Under the pieces are notes generated by a model, which saw only the letters and a program-made list of their open reading frames with translations, ran no database searches and was not told the origin of the DNA. A stretch of 64,000 nucleotides of DNA from contig DATDPT010000155.1 in the NCBI GenBank assembly GCA_035292605.1, positions 1,408-65,407 on the forward strand, in the 5' to 3' direction. Shown here one piece after another: positions 51,931-64,000 of this stretch. The DNA comes from Acidimicrobiia bacterium. Lineage in GTDB: Bacteria > Actinomycetota > Acidimicrobiia > Spongiisociales > ZC4RG35. Every line of letters starts with the position of its first letter. Positions within the stretch are counted from its first letter, which is position 1. A program made the translations under genes and the position numbers.

Positions 51931-53048
51931 CTCGAGGCGAGAGCCTCTGCGGGAGGTACGTGGGCCACGCCGAGGCTCTCGGCCACCGCTGGATGACAGA
52001 CGTCTTCTCCGACGACATTGACACCGGCCAGAAGCTCGGGATGGATTGTCATGGCCGGCCCCACCCCTTTGGTAGCCAGGCTCACCGCATAACGGAGCGT
52101 GGCGTTGGTCAGGGCATAGGTGGAGGTGTGGGGCACTGCTCCAGGGATGTTTCCCACCGCATAGTGGACCACATCGTGGAGCTGATACACCGGATCGGTG
52201 TGGGTGGTCTCCTTCGAAGTCTCGAAGCATCCACCCTGATCGATGGCGACATCGACCAGGACCGCTCCCTGCTTCATCCTCCTGACCATGTCCTCGGTGA
52301 CCAGTTTGGGAGCGGACGCCCCTGGCACCAGGACGGTCCCGATCACGAGGTCGGCGTCCAAAACCTGTTCCTCGATGGTGAGTTTGTTGGAATGGAGGGT
52401 CAGCACCCTTCCCTTGTGCAGAGAGTCGAGCCAACGGAGCTTGTCGATATCGGTGTCCAATACCACCACGTCCGCCTGCATCCCGACGGCGATCAGAGCG
52501 GCGTTGGAACCCGCCATTCCGCCACCGATCACCACGACCTTGCCCCTGCGGACCCCGGTGACACCCCCGATCAACACACCGCGCCCGCCCTGTGGCCGCT
52601 CGAGGAAGTAGGCGCCCACCTGGGGGGCCATTCGCCCGGCGATCTCGGACATAGGAGCCAGCAGCGGCAGTGACCGGTCGGGCATCTGCACGGTCTCGTA
52701 AGCGATGGCGATGACGTCGCGCTTTTGGAGCCCGGCGGCCAGGTCGGGATAGGCGGCCAGATGGAGATAGGTGAACAGGATCTGACCAGGCCGGAACATC
52801 TCGATCTCAACCGGCTGGGGCTCTTTGACCTTGAGGATCATCTCGGCGCCGGCGAACACGTCGGCGGCGGTGGGGACGATGGTCGCTCCCTGGGTCTGAT
52901 ATTCCTCGTCGTGAATGCTCGAGCCCTGGCCGGCCATCTCCTCGATGAGCACCTCATGACCACGATCGGTCAATTCACGGACCCCAACCGGAGTGATGGC
53001 TACACGGTGCTCGTCGGTTTTGATCTCTCTGGGCACACCGACGATCAA
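51927..53048 (-). CDS. ald: alanine dehydrogenase
   Basis: Track ORF. MIVGVPREIKTDEHRVAITP, and NAD fold VVVIGGGMAG. Confidence 0.92.
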   Translation of the reverse strand: MIVGVPREIKTDEHRVAITPVGVRELTDRGHEVLIEEMAGQGSSIHDEEYQTQGATIVPTAADVFAGAEMILKVKEPQPVEIEMFRPGQILFTYLHLAAYPDLAAGLQKRDVIAIAYETVQMPDRSLPLLAPMSEIAGRMAPQVGAYFLERPQGGRGVLIGGVTGVRRGKVVVIGGGMAGSNAALIAVGMQADVVVLDTDIDKLRWLDSLHKGRVLTLHSNKLTIEEQVLDADLVIGTVLVPGASAPKLVTEDMVRRMKQGAVLVDVAIDQGGCFETSKETTHTDPVYQLHDVVHYAVGNIPGAVPHTSTYALTNATLRYAVSLATKGVGPAMTIHPELLAGVNVVGEDVCHPAVAESLGVAHVPPAEALASR

Positions 53049-53111
53049 GGTCAGGTCCTCCTGTGGGTCATCAAACGTCGTTCAGGCTATACGTCGGGAG
53101 TGATCCCTGCC

Positions 53112-54824
<1,713 letters not shown>

Positions 54825-54860
54825 TCAATGTAGCACGAGTTGCGGCTCCGACCCGCAACC

Positions 54861-56456
54861 TCAACCGTTGAGAGTCAGCTCCAACAGCTCGGCCGCCGCC
54901 TCCTTGCCCCGTGCGCTTTCGGGAAGACCGGCCAGCATCCGGGACAGCTCCTCCAACCGCTGTTCGCCCTCCACCTTCATCACCTCGGCCCTGTCGCCGT
55001 CCCTTTTGACCACGTAGTGAGATTCGGCGTGAGCCGCCACCTGGGGCAGATGGGTGACGCAGAGAACCTGGCTGACCTGTCCCAGGTCGGCGAGCTTTCG
55101 TCCCAAGGCGAGAGCGGTGACCCCACCAACACCGGCATCCACCTCGTCGAAAACGAGCGTTTCGGCACCCCCCGCCCTGGTCGCCAATCGCAACGCGAGG
55201 ATGAGACGGGATAGCTCCCCGCCTGATGCCACGTCCTGGATGGCTCCGCTCTCGAGCCGGTCATCCGATGCGAACCGAAGCTCGATTCGGTCAGCGCCGC
55301 CGGGACCGGCTTCCATCCCCTCCAGGACGAACACAAGAGAGGCTTTGGGCATGCCCAATGCCCGAAGATGGGTGGCGGTCTCATCCTGAATAGCGGCCAC
55401 CGCACGCTGTCTGGCGGCGCGCAGCCGAGAACCCGCCATGAGGAGATCCTCATAGGCCCGGGCCACCTCGGCGTCGATGACCGAGGAGCGCTCGAGCAGG
55501 GCACCCAGCTCGTCAGTTCGGGCCCGGGCCCCGGCCCCGAACTCGATGACCTCGGCAATCGTCTTCCCGTACTTCCGTTTGAGGTCCCCGAGGGCAGTGA
55601 GTCGCTCCTCCACCTCGGCGAGGGTCGCCGGGTCCGCCCGCACCTCTTCTGCGGAGTCACGAACCGATCGGAGCATGTCCACGATCTGGTCGGCCACGCT
55701 CTCCCAGCCTGCCGCCGACGCGGCGAGACCGGGATCCATGTCGGCGATCTTGCGCAGCGAGGAGACCACCTCGCCGGAGAGATCGGCCATGAGCTCGGCC
55801 TTGTCGACCGCTATGGCGAGATGGGTCTGGATCGCTTCGGCATTGCGCAGTCTCGACGCCAGCAACTCGGCAGCCTCGTCGTCTCCGGCTCGGAGGCCGG
55901 CGCCTTCGATTTCGCGCGCCTGATGGGACACCAGGTCGAGCTCACGTTCCAGAGCCATTAGGTCGCCACCGAGGCTCTTCTGATCGTCGAGTGAGGCCCG
56001 ATAGGCCTTCCAACTCAACTCGTAACCCGACTTGGCGAGAACCCCTTCCTCGTCGAGCACCTTGTCCACCAAACCAAGGACGGCGGCCGGGCGTCTCAGA
56101 CGCATTTGATCGTGTTGGCCCACTATCTCGACCAGCTTGGCGACTCGAGCTTCCAGGGCTCCGGCCGACACCAAGGCGCCCTCCAGGTATGCCCGGCTCC
56201 TCCCATCACGAGGGACTACACGACTCGCTCCCACCTCGTCGGGGCCGTCGTCGAAGAGGCCGTCTGCCTGGGTCTCGGTGGCAAACGGGCCGACCGCATC
56301 GGGGCGAGGCTTGTCACCCGTGAGAAGCCGGAGTCCCCCGAGGAGCAGCGTCTTTCCGGCCCCGGTCTCGCCGGTGATGACCGTGAAGCCCGGGTCGGGA
56401 TCGATCTCGGCGTCTCCGAGCACACCGAGATTGCGGACACGCAGGTGTTTCAGCAT
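54861..56456 (-). CDS. recN: DNA repair protein RecN
   Basis: Track ORF. ITGETGAGKT, coiled-coil centre, and C-terminal SGGELSR signature. Confidence 0.92.
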   Translation of the reverse strand: MLKHLRVRNLGVLGDAEIDPDPGFTVITGETGAGKTLLLGGLRLLTGDKPRPDAVGPFATETQADGLFDDGPDEVGASRVVPRDGRSRAYLEGALVSAGALEARVAKLVEIVGQHDQMRLRRPAAVLGLVDKVLDEEGVLAKSGYELSWKAYRASLDDQKSLGGDLMALERELDLVSHQAREIEGAGLRAGDDEAAELLASRLRNAEAIQTHLAIAVDKAELMADLSGEVVSSLRKIADMDPGLAASAAGWESVADQIVDMLRSVRDSAEEVRADPATLAEVEERLTALGDLKRKYGKTIAEVIEFGAGARARTDELGALLERSSVIDAEVARAYEDLLMAGSRLRAARQRAVAAIQDETATHLRALGMPKASLVFVLEGMEAGPGGADRIELRFASDDRLESGAIQDVASGGELSRLILALRLATRAGGAETLVFDEVDAGVGGVTALALGRKLADLGQVSQVLCVTHLPQVAAHAESHYVVKRDGDRAEVMKVEGEQRLEELSRMLAGLPESARGKEAAAELLELTLNG

Positions 56457-57232
56457 CAGCGAAGCCCGAATTTCTCGGTGAGCAAAGACGGGAAGGTCCG
56501 GTTCCCGAACGTCACGAATCGGGCCGGTGACGACCCTCTGGCGACCAGTACCCGGTCACCCATGGCCAGGTGTCCAAGGCTGATCTTGTCGACCGAGACC
56601 TTGACCGGCCGGTCGGTCCCCACGATGATCCCGATCTGAGTAGAGGCAGGAACGACCAGGGGCCGGTCGAATAGGGAATGTGCAGCCACCGGGGCCAACA
56701 CCAGAGCATCCAGGTCGGGGTCGACCAACGGACCGCCCGCGGAGAATGAATACGCGGTGGACCCGGTCGGGGTGGACACGATGAGACCGTCGGCCCGATA
56801 GGTGAGGAATCGGGAGCCATCGATGGTCACTTCGAGATCGATCAGACGTTGACTGTCCACTTTCTCCACAACCACGTCGTTGACTCCGGTGGCTGTCTTG
56901 TCACCCACGGTGGCGCTGACCGTCATTCGCTCGTCCAACTGGTAATCCCCGACGGTCAGCCGCCGCACAATCGTCTCGGCTTGGCTTGGCTCCGCTTCGG
57001 TGAGGAATCCGATGGTGCCGAGGTTGAACCCAAGAACGGGCACGTCGGATCGGAGCGCAACCTGAACCGCCGCCAGCATCGTCCCGTCTCCACCGACGGC
57101 CAGGACCATGTCGGGCTCACCGGCCGCCGCGTCGACGACCTCCCCTCCACTGGAGTCGATGATGGTCTTGAGGACTGCCGCGAACTCGAGCGCCTGCTCA
57201 CGACCCTGACGCACCTCGAGGGCAAACCTCAA
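56456..57232 (-). CDS. nadK: NAD kinase
   Basis: Track ORF, TTG start. GGDGTML motif. Confidence 0.9.
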   Translation of the reverse strand: MRFALEVRQGREQALEFAAVLKTIIDSSGGEVVDAAAGEPDMVLAVGGDGTMLAAVQVALRSDVPVLGFNLGTIGFLTEAEPSQAETIVRRLTVGDYQLDERMTVSATVGDKTATGVNDVVVEKVDSQRLIDLEVTIDGSRFLTYRADGLIVSTPTGSTAYSFSAGGPLVDPDLDALVLAPVAAHSLFDRPLVVPASTQIGIIVGTDRPVKVSVDKISLGHLAMGDRVLVARGSSPARFVTFGNRTFPSLLTEKFGLR

Positions 57233-57966
57233 GCCGGAACCTCCATTCTCAGGCTGTCTTCCCCTTTGCGAAGCCAGAGTAGGTACTCGACGTTGCCGCC
57301 CCCGCCATCGATGGGAGAGCGGATGAGGCCACGTGCTCCCAGCCCGGCGCCGACCAGACAGTCGATCGCGGCCAGCACAGCCCGGGATCGAAGCGCAGGA
57401 TCACGCACGATCCCCCCATGCCCCAATCCGCCCCGTCCCACCTCGAACTGAGGCTTGATCAGAATGACGAGATCGGCTCCGTCCAAGGCGAGGGCGGCGA
57501 GCGACCCGGCCACGACACAGAGCGAGATGAACGAGAGATCGACGACCACGACCGGGAAGGGCCCACCGAGCCCTTCGGCGGACACGGTCCGAATGTTGGT
57601 CTTCTCGATCGAGATCACCCTCGGATCCACGGAGAGTCGTTCGTGAAGCTGACCCCGACCCACGTCCAACGCCACCACCTGCGCTGCCCCGGCGTCGAGC
57701 GCCACCTCGGTGAACCCACCGGTTGAGGCGCCGACGTCGAGAACTCGTCGGCCCCTCACATCGATGGGGAACGCCTGAAACGCTGCCACGAGCTTCTCCG
57801 CGCCACGGGAGACCCAGCGTCGCTGGGCTCCGATGACTTGAATCACGGTCTCGGCGGCGACCACCGACGAAGGTCGGGCCGGCGTCCCCCCCACGATCAC
57901 CACCTGTTGGGTGATGATCAGTCGCTTCGCCTGAGCACGGCTCGAAGCCAGCCCGCGTCTCACCAA
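57229..57966 (-). CDS. tlyA: TlyA family rRNA 2'-O-methyltransferase
   Basis: Track ORF. S4-like N-terminus, WVSRGAEKL, and LDVGASTGGFT. Confidence 0.9.
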   Translation of the reverse strand: MVRRGLASSRAQAKRLIITQQVVIVGGTPARPSSVVAAETVIQVIGAQRRWVSRGAEKLVAAFQAFPIDVRGRRVLDVGASTGGFTEVALDAGAAQVVALDVGRGQLHERLSVDPRVISIEKTNIRTVSAEGLGGPFPVVVVDLSFISLCVVAGSLAALALDGADLVILIKPQFEVGRGGLGHGGIVRDPALRSRAVLAAIDCLVGAGLGARGLIRSPIDGGGGNVEYLLWLRKGEDSLRMEVPA

Positions 57967-57989
57967 CTCGACGTCGAGACGTTTTCTGG

Positions 57990-58151
57990 TCAGGGAGTCT
58001 CCTGTTCCTCGAGGATCGAACCGAGGAGACTGGCCAGCTCGGCGGCAGGCTCGGGCAGCTCCGCCGGGTCGATCTCGGCGAGACGGGCCAGAACGGCCTC
58101 GAGCTGATCGATCTGGTCTTGGGTGAGATCCATGTGTGGATTATCACCCAT
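57990..58151 (-). CDS. small acidic hypothetical protein (53 aa; alternative start 58133)
   Basis: Internal ATG of track ORF 57990..58214. The position upstream of tlyA matches a small conserved ORF in related gene orders (from memory). Confidence 0.45.
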   Translation of the reverse strand: MGDNPHMDLTQDQIDQLEAVLARLAEIDPAELPEPAAELASLLGSILEEQETP

Positions 58152-58247
58152 TTCTCCCCCCAGCGAACAGAGTGAGCGTTGGGGGGAGAGCCGGCGAAGC
58201 CGGGAGGGGGGCATGGTGTCACGCGGCGCGCTTTGCCCGTGCCTGCG

Positions 58248-58997
58248 CTACGAGAGCACCAGGTCCACGGCGGCAGCCAGGTCGGGGACGACGAAGTCGG
58301 CGTCGCCTCTCCCCTCGGGCCCGGTGACACCGGTCAGCACCAGGATCGAGGTCCAATCGGGCTCGGCCCGGGCCAGGGCGACATCGGTGTCCACCCGATC
58401 CCCGATCACCCAGGCCTCACCGATCCCTTTCGCCCTCAACAAGGCCCGCATCGGGGCATTTGGCTTGCCGGCGACCTCCGGCTCCACCCCGGTGGTGGCA
58501 CGGACCGCGGCCACGATGGCACCTCCCCCTGGGAGCAGCCCGTCGGCCACCGGGAAGGTCGGGTCGGTGTTGGTGGCGATGAAGCGCGCCCCGAAGCGAA
58601 CCGCGTCGGCGGCCCGGGTCAAACGGTCGTAGGTCAGGTCGAAGTCGAGCCCCACCAGTAAGGCCTTGGCGACAGACGGATCCTCGGTCAACCCGATCCC
58701 GGCTTCGGCGAGCGCAGCCAAGATTCCTTCCGATCCCAGGACCATGACGGGGCCTGGATCGTCGCCCAGCAGGCCAACCGCGGCCTGTGAGGAGGTGACA
58801 ATCGACTCGGGCTCGATGTCGACCCCGGTGATCCTCGTGATCTTCTCGCTGACCGTCAGCGGCGACTTGGCGCTGTTGTTGGTAGCGAAATGAACTGTCA
58901 CCCCGGCGTCACGAAGTCGTCGCAGGGCAAGGTCCGAGCCGGGCAGTAATCGATCACCGCGATAGATCACGCCGTCGATGTCACAGATGACGTTCAT
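58248..58997 (-). CDS. HAD-IIA family hydrolase
   Basis: Track ORF. ICDIDGVIYRG, TNNS, and GDRVDTD motifs. Confidence 0.85.
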   Translation of the reverse strand: MNVICDIDGVIYRGDRLLPGSDLALRRLRDAGVTVHFATNNSAKSPLTVSEKITRITGVDIEPESIVTSSQAAVGLLGDDPGPVMVLGSEGILAALAEAGIGLTEDPSVAKALLVGLDFDLTYDRLTRAADAVRFGARFIATNTDPTFPVADGLLPGGGAIVAAVRATTGVEPEVAGKPNAPMRALLRAKGIGEAWVIGDRVDTDVALARAEPDWTSILVLTGVTGPEGRGDADFVVPDLAAAVDLVLS

Positions 58998-60322
58998 GAG
59001 TCAGCGAAGAACCTGTCCAGGACTGTCTCGTAGAGGGCGGTTGTGCGCTCCACCGACTCGACCGAGACCCGCTCGTCGTGCCCGTGAAACAGTGTCAACA
59101 TCTCCGAGAAGGTCATCCTGTCGTCGAAGAGGCCCACGCCGTAACAGACCGTGCCTCGGGCGCGCCAGAATCGGGCGTCGGTCGCGACCGTCATCAAAGT
59201 GGGGGCGAGGTTGCGATGCCCGTCGTGAGCCTCAACCGCATCGCCGATCGCCTCCCAGAGCGGGTTCCCGATTGGTGAGACAGTCGCATCCGCATCCATG
59301 ATCGGCAGGATCTCGACATGGCCGGCTGCGGAGCCCATCGCCTTCCTCAGATGCGAGTCGACGAACTCCCGGTCCATCCCTGGCAGCCCTCTGATGTCGA
59401 CCTCGGCATGGGCCCGATCGGCGACGACGTTGGTCTTGGTCCCGGCTCGCAAGATGTTCGAGGAGATCGTGAGGTGGGTGGCGGCGTGGATGTACCTGGC
59501 CATCGCCGGGTCGGATACGGCGATCCGGTCGATCTCGTCGTCGAGTTGGTCCACATCGGTGAGACGCCGGGTCGACCTGTCGTCCAGCCCCAGGTTCCTC
59601 ACAAAGGAGATCCACTGCTCGGTGACAGCGGCCGGCACCGGAGAGTCGATGACTCCGGCCAGGGCGGTCACCATCTTGTGCAAGGCATTGTCGGTGCCAT
59701 AGGGAAGCGACCCGTGCCCCGGAGCACCCGCCGTCTCCAGAATCGACCAGTAGGCACCTTTCTCACCAATCGACACCGGAACCGCCTTGTGGCCTTCAAC
59801 AGACAACCCGGGGTAGGCAACCTCGGTGAGCAGATAATCCGCCCTGACCAGGTCCCAATGCTCGTCGACCAATGACATTGCGCCCAAAGAGCCGCCGTTC
59901 TCCTCGTCGGCCACCGCACAGAACACGAGGTCGCCACGAGGTCTCTTCTCCCCCACCAGGTAGGGTCGAACGGCAACCGCCATCGCCGCCGTCACGTTCA
60001 ACATGTCGACGGCACCCCTTCCGAACACGAATCCGTCGACGATCTCGGCCGCGAACGGGTCGACCGACCAGCCGGCTCGATCGACCGGGACCACGTCGAG
60101 ATGAGGGACCAGGGCAAGGGACGGTGCACCCGGATCGGTCCCGGATATGCGGTAGACGACCGACTGGCGGCCTGGCAACGGCTCGAATACCTCGCCTTCA
60201 ACGCCGAGGTAGTCGACGACAGTTCCGACCGAGCGCATTTCGAAGCCGCTCTCGGGCGTCCCGTCGTTGACACATTGGTTGCGTATCAGCGTTTGGAGCA
60301 GTGCGACCGCGTTGTGACTCAT
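58994..60322 (-). CDS. M20 family metallopeptidase (ArgE/DapE/ACY1-like)
   Basis: Track ORF. HLDVVP, ADEENGG, and a dimerisation-domain-sized insert. Confidence 0.85.
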   Translation of the reverse strand: MSHNAVALLQTLIRNQCVNDGTPESGFEMRSVGTVVDYLGVEGEVFEPLPGRQSVVYRISGTDPGAPSLALVPHLDVVPVDRAGWSVDPFAAEIVDGFVFGRGAVDMLNVTAAMAVAVRPYLVGEKRPRGDLVFCAVADEENGGSLGAMSLVDEHWDLVRADYLLTEVAYPGLSVEGHKAVPVSIGEKGAYWSILETAGAPGHGSLPYGTDNALHKMVTALAGVIDSPVPAAVTEQWISFVRNLGLDDRSTRRLTDVDQLDDEIDRIAVSDPAMARYIHAATHLTISSNILRAGTKTNVVADRAHAEVDIRGLPGMDREFVDSHLRKAMGSAAGHVEILPIMDADATVSPIGNPLWEAIGDAVEAHDGHRNLAPTLMTVATDARFWRARGTVCYGVGLFDDRMTFSEMLTLFHGHDERVSVESVERTTALYETVLDRFFADS

Positions 60323-60331
60323 CCGGTCAAC

Positions 60332-60742
60332 CTATCGAGTCGGGCTTTTCTGCAAGACCTCTACCAGGTCGTACATGGTGGGCGTCAGGTCGTAATCCGC
60401 GACCTGGTTCAGGCCCACCCAACGCGCTTGCTCTGCGTCGTCGGCGGCAGCGAGCTCACCACCCACAACATGTCCTTCGAAGTCGATGATCACGATGTGG
60501 CCATGTTCGGAGATGTGCTCTCCTACCCAGACCACCTCACCGATCTCCACCTCGAGCCCGGTTTCCTCGAGCACCTCTCGAACGGCTGCGTCGCGAAGAG
60601 ACTCGCCCGGGTTCACCTTGCCTCCGGGAACCGCCCAGAGGCCTCGGCTCGGCTCGTGACCCCGTTGCACAAGGAGCAGGCGGTTGTCGTCGATCAACAC
60701 CACTCCCACCCCGACCACCGGTGAGTCACTCACGACTGTCAT
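60332..60742 (-). CDS. NUDIX hydrolase
   Basis: Track ORF with the Nudix box [24 protein letters not shown]. Confidence 0.9.
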   Translation of the reverse strand: MTVVSDSPVVGVGVVLIDDNRLLLVQRGHEPSRGLWAVPGGKVNPGESLRDAAVREVLEETGLEVEIGEVVWVGEHISEHGHIVIIDFEGHVVGGELAAADDAEQARWVGLNQVADYDLTPTMYDLVEVLQKSPTR

Positions 60743-61238
60743 CGTGGTGCATCACGATCGATCTGGCACTGAAGCCACCGGCCTCGAAGAAGTTCTTGAC
60801 CAGACGATGCCCGGGCAAGACATGGGCGTCGAACTTCGAGATTCCCCTCGCCCGCATCTGCTCCATGGCGAAGTCCCGCATCACCTCCCCCACCGACACC
60901 TCTCGGGCCTCGGGCACGACGAACACCAGGCGTATCGAGCAGATCTCCGCACCACCTGCCTGGGGAAGCAGGCCTTCGACTCGGGCCACCATGAACCCGA
61001 ATGGATAATCCTCGATCTCCCCGATGACAACCACCGTGGCCTCGTCGTCCAATGCATCCAGGAGCGACTCCGGAACCGGCTCGGCGAGCCCATCGGCGAG
61101 AGGCCACATGGGGTGCAGCTCGGTCATCTCGGTCTCGAGGCCTCGGTAGAGGCTCTCCAGGGTCGCCAAATCGCCCGTTTCGGCTCGTCGCGCCGAGACT
61201 CTCATCGCTTCCAGGGCCGCAAGCGCCGAAGCCCCCAT
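60726..61238 (-). CDS. GNAT family N-acetyltransferase (probable)
   Basis: Track ORF. Size and an acetyl-CoA-loop-like [13 protein letters not shown]. Weak motif evidence. Confidence 0.55.
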   Translation of the reverse strand: MGASALAALEAMRVSARRAETGDLATLESLYRGLETEMTELHPMWPLADGLAEPVPESLLDALDDEATVVVIGEIEDYPFGFMVARVEGLLPQAGGAEICSIRLVFVVPEAREVSVGEVMRDFAMEQMRARGISKFDAHVLPGHRLVKNFFEAGGFSARSIVMHHDDSRE

Positions 61239-61924
61239 ACTGTGACCAGCTTCATCGCCTCGAGCACGATGCCGGTCCCCATCTTCGAGGTCCCCCTGGT
61301 TCGGTCGTGAAAGCTGATCGGGACCTCGACTATGGCCACCCCCTGTTCGTGGGCACGCCAGGCCATCTCGACCTGAAAGCCATAGCCGGAAGCCTCAGCG
61401 GTCCGGTAAGGCAGTGTTCGCAATGCCTCCGCACGAAATGCTCTGAACCCGGCTGTGGCGTCCCTCACCGGGATCCCCAGCATGAGGCGGGCGTAGAGAT
61501 TGCCGCCACGGGAGATGGCTCGTCTCAGCAGTGGCCAATCCGGGGTCGAGCCGCCTGCCACGTAGCGGGACCCGATGGCCATGTCCGCTCCCCCTTCGAT
61601 GGCAGCCACGAGACGGGGCACATCGGCGGGGTCATGGGAGAAGTCGGCGTCCATCTCGATCACGATCTCGGCCCCGGCCCCGAGCGCACGGTCGAAGCCC
61701 GAGGCGTACGCCGGCCCGAGACCTTCCTTCTCGGGTCTATGGATCACGCCAACCAATGCATCTTGGGCTGCAATACGGTCGGCCAACTCCCCGGTGCCGT
61801 CCGGGGACGAGTCGTCCACGATCAACACCCGATAACCCTGGTTGGTCACCGCAGCCACTATGTGTGAGAGGTTCTCCCGCTCGTTGTAGGTGGGGATTAC
61901 GACCGTGACCCGATCAGTAGGCAC
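61202..61924 (-). CDS. polyprenol-phosphate mannosyltransferase (GT2, Ppm1/Dpm1-like)
   Basis: Track ORF. VVIPTYNERENL, DDSSPDGT, and DADFSHDP. Confidence 0.88.
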   Translation of the reverse strand: MPTDRVTVVIPTYNERENLSHIVAAVTNQGYRVLIVDDSSPDGTGELADRIAAQDALVGVIHRPEKEGLGPAYASGFDRALGAGAEIVIEMDADFSHDPADVPRLVAAIEGGADMAIGSRYVAGGSTPDWPLLRRAISRGGNLYARLMLGIPVRDATAGFRAFRAEALRTLPYRTAEASGYGFQVEMAWRAHEQGVAIVEVPISFHDRTRGTSKMGTGIVLEAMKLVTVWGLRRLRPWKR

Positions 61925-62357
61925 AGTCGGCGCACAGCATCTTCTTGCGATTGGCGAGCTGGCTCGTTCTCTTCACCATGAAACAAGCCTGGCAGACAAA
62001 CTCGTCGGATCGCTGGAGCTGGGCATCGACGTTCATGGTCAACTCCTCGCGACGGATCGCCCGCAGCTCCTCGACCTCGTCGACCAGGAGCGTTTCTCCC
62101 ACCTCCTCGTCCATCAGCTGGAGCTCCTCGCTTTCCAGCTCCTCGAGGGCTTCTGTCGTCTCCTCGTCGTGCTCTTCCTCGTCGTCTTCCCGGTCGAATT
62201 CCTCGGCGTCCGCTTCCGGCTCGAACTCCTCTTCGAACTCAGGGACGAGCTCCACCTCTTCGAGCTCTTCGACCAGGACCTCGTCGAGTTCTTCTTCGTC
62301 GATGTCGACTTCTTCAGTGAGCTCTTCGGCGAGCTCGTCTAGTTCTTCAGTGGCCAT
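61914..62357 (-). CDS. DUF4193 family protein (acidic N-terminus, C-terminal zinc ribbon)
   Basis: Track ORF. FVCQACFMVKRTSQLA...CADC. Confidence 0.75.
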   Translation of the reverse strand: MATEELDELAEELTEEVDIDEEELDEVLVEELEEVELVPEFEEEFEPEADAEEFDREDDEEEHDEETTEALEELESEELQLMDEEVGETLLVDEVEELRAIRREELTMNVDAQLQRSDEFVCQACFMVKRTSQLANRKKMLCADCAY

Positions 62358-62407
62358 TCTCTGCTGTATCGGGTGGCTCGGGGGCGGGCAGTATAAGTCG
62401 ATGCGCC

Positions 62408-63292
62408 TCAGATCTTGAGGCGTACCGCGGCCCGGATAACCCGACCCTTCAACGTCGTATTCCCGATGAGGTCACCGTCGGCCTCCACCGGCCAAAACGG
62501 CTCCGTCACCAAGGTGAACTCCGAAACAGAGAGACGCCGGACTCCGGGCTCCCGAAGGTGGGTGCCCTTCACCACCTTGGGGACCAACGCGGCTGCCTGT
62601 CGTTTGAGGACGTCGAAAATCTGGATATCGAGCACACCGTCGACAAGTGTCGCCTTCGGCGCCACGTTCCAACCTCCGGCGAAGAACTGGGCGTTGGCGA
62701 AGATCACCGCGAGTGCGTCGGATTCGATGACCTTCCGCTCCGTGGTCAGGGTGATCCGGGCCCGGGGAAATCGGGGCAAGCGAGCCCCAAACGCCATCGG
62801 ATAGCGAAGGGAACCCAGCCATCGCGCGATTTTGACGGCACTCTGGGCCGCGGCGGCACCCACGCCCGCCTGGGCCACATTCACGAAGTAGCGCAGCCCC
62901 CACTCCCCTTCCAAAGCTCCGACGTCGATCGGGTAGACGTTCTCGGTCATCAAATGCCGCGCTGCCCCCGGCAGGTCCTGAGGCAGTCCAAAGGTCCGCA
63001 ACAGATCACAACCCGTTCCTGCCGGCAAGACACCGATCACCGGCGGGTGCTCGAGGCCAAGGGGAAGCAGGGCGTTTACCGCCAGATTCACAGTCCCGTC
63101 GCCACCGGCCAATGCGAAATGCTCGAAGCCGCGCCGTGCCCCGGCGACGAGTGCGGCTGCCATTTCGCTCGGGGAGTCGGGGGCGACAAGTTCGAAATCG
63201 AGCCCGACAGCCCCGACCACCTGGGCGATGAGCGACGGATCAGTGGTCAACCGGCCCGCACTGCGGTTGACGGCAACCAGCCATCGGGGCAT
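62408..63292 (-). CDS. diacylglycerol/lipid kinase family protein
   Basis: Track ORF. LAGGDGTVN motif and a YegS-like layout. Confidence 0.85.
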   Translation of the reverse strand: MPRWLVAVNRSAGRLTTDPSLIAQVVGAVGLDFELVAPDSPSEMAAALVAGARRGFEHFALAGGDGTVNLAVNALLPLGLEHPPVIGVLPAGTGCDLLRTFGLPQDLPGAARHLMTENVYPIDVGALEGEWGLRYFVNVAQAGVGAAAAQSAVKIARWLGSLRYPMAFGARLPRFPRARITLTTERKVIESDALAVIFANAQFFAGGWNVAPKATLVDGVLDIQIFDVLKRQAAALVPKVVKGTHLREPGVRRLSVSEFTLVTEPFWPVEADGDLIGNTTLKGRVIRAAVRLKI

Positions 63293-64000
63293 CAGCCCAC
63301 CCCCTGGGCCGCCACCACGCCTCGATCCACGGTCTTGAGCGCCTGAGTGGCCTCGTCTCGCATTCCGGGAGCTGCCTCCCGAAGCTGACGCAACAAGTCC
63401 ACCAACTGGCGGGATACCCGCACGAAGTCACCAGGGGCCATTCCCCTGGTTGGCAGATCATCGAAATCGGTGCCGGATGCCCAGGCATGGGCAAGCACCC
63501 CGAACCCTGGATCGGGGCGACGGGTCGGGGTGAGGCGGAGTCGTCGTTCCCTCTCCACCAGGCCCTTCCAGATCCCGTCGAGCTGCTCCCAGCGCTCGCC
63601 AAGCAGCGCGGTCGGGAACTCGGCCACCGACGTCGTGTCAGTCCGTGGCTCATAGACGAACACAGAGGCCAGTGCGGCGAGCTCCGCCGGCTCGAGCCCG
63701 TAGAACAACCCGTTCTCGATGGACTCCGCCAGGAGCAGGTCCGACTCGTTGTAGATGGCGCGTAGCCGCTGCCCGCGGGATGTGAGAGCCCATCCGTCCA
63801 GGTACTCCAGCTCATCGAGCAGCTGACGAATGGAAGCAAACTCCTCGACCAGGCCGTGTCCCGAGCTGCGACGCGCCGTCTGCTGGGCCTCGACTCGGCG
63901 CCGGGTCCGTGCCGCCCGCCGGGCCGCCGCCAGATGACGTGACGCATCGGGACACGTTGCCACCGGGTGATCCACCGTCGAATGTGCCCGAGGTGCGCGG
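63292..64000 (-). CDS. helY: Ski2-like RNA helicase (HelY-type), C-terminal DSHCT region; 5' end right of the window
   Basis: Track ORF 63292..63975, with the frame open to the window edge. LDELEYLDGWALTSRGQRLRAIYNESDLLLAE...FVYEPR resembles the HelY/DSHCT C-terminus. Confidence 0.7.
   Translation of the reverse strand, partial: RAPRAHSTVDHPVATCPDASRHLAAARRAARTRRRVEAQQTARRSSGHGLVEEFASIRQLLDELEYLDGWALTSRGQRLRAIYNESDLLLAESIENGLFYGLEPAELAALASVFVYEPRTDTTSVAEFPTALLGERWEQLDGIWKGLVERERRLRLTPTRRPDPGFGVLAHAWASGTDFDDLPTRGMAPGDFVRVSRQLVDLLRQLREAAPGMRDEATQALKTVDRGVVAAQGVG

Overview
This is a 64 kb window of high-GC chromosome with actinobacterial gene content and order. From memory, the order recN-nadK-tlyA, pyrG, xerD, scpA/scpB, rluB, cmk, der, and separately gcvH-garA-merR-DUF151-merR-gcvT, resembles conserved mycobacterial neighbourhoods. 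About 48 kb (15.7-64 kb) is ordinary housekeeping DNA, almost all on the minus strand. The unusual part is 3.6-15.7 kb. Four 28-bp dif-like sites (CATAA-N6-TTATG architecture) delimit two or three integrase-less cargo modules between the thioredoxin promoter and an amidase gene. Module A (about 8.2 kb, visibly lower GC) carries a DUF3987-type replication protein, a lone small terminase subunit, a DUF4145 plus SprT-like Zn-protease pair, and many unknown small genes. It has no integrase and no capsid genes. Module B (about 3.7 kb) carries an HTH-ImmA/IrrE protease plus DUF4411 (PIN-like) pair, two Thr-linker lipoproteins (one frameshifted) and a membrane protein. Gene-strand polarity flips at this locus, as expected at a replication terminus. 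My best candidate for an undescribed system is therefore a tandem array of Xer-exploiting (IMEX-like) modules at the chromosomal dif site. One module looks like a phage-satellite-like element, and both carry candidate defence pairs. A roughly 125-nt block next to each direct site is triplicated, and two copies contain an exact SigH/SigR-type promoter (GGAAT-N18-GTT). Limits: all family names come from motif recognition and memory, with no searches run. CDS ends follow the supplied ORF track. Hand-located motifs may be off by 1-2 nt.
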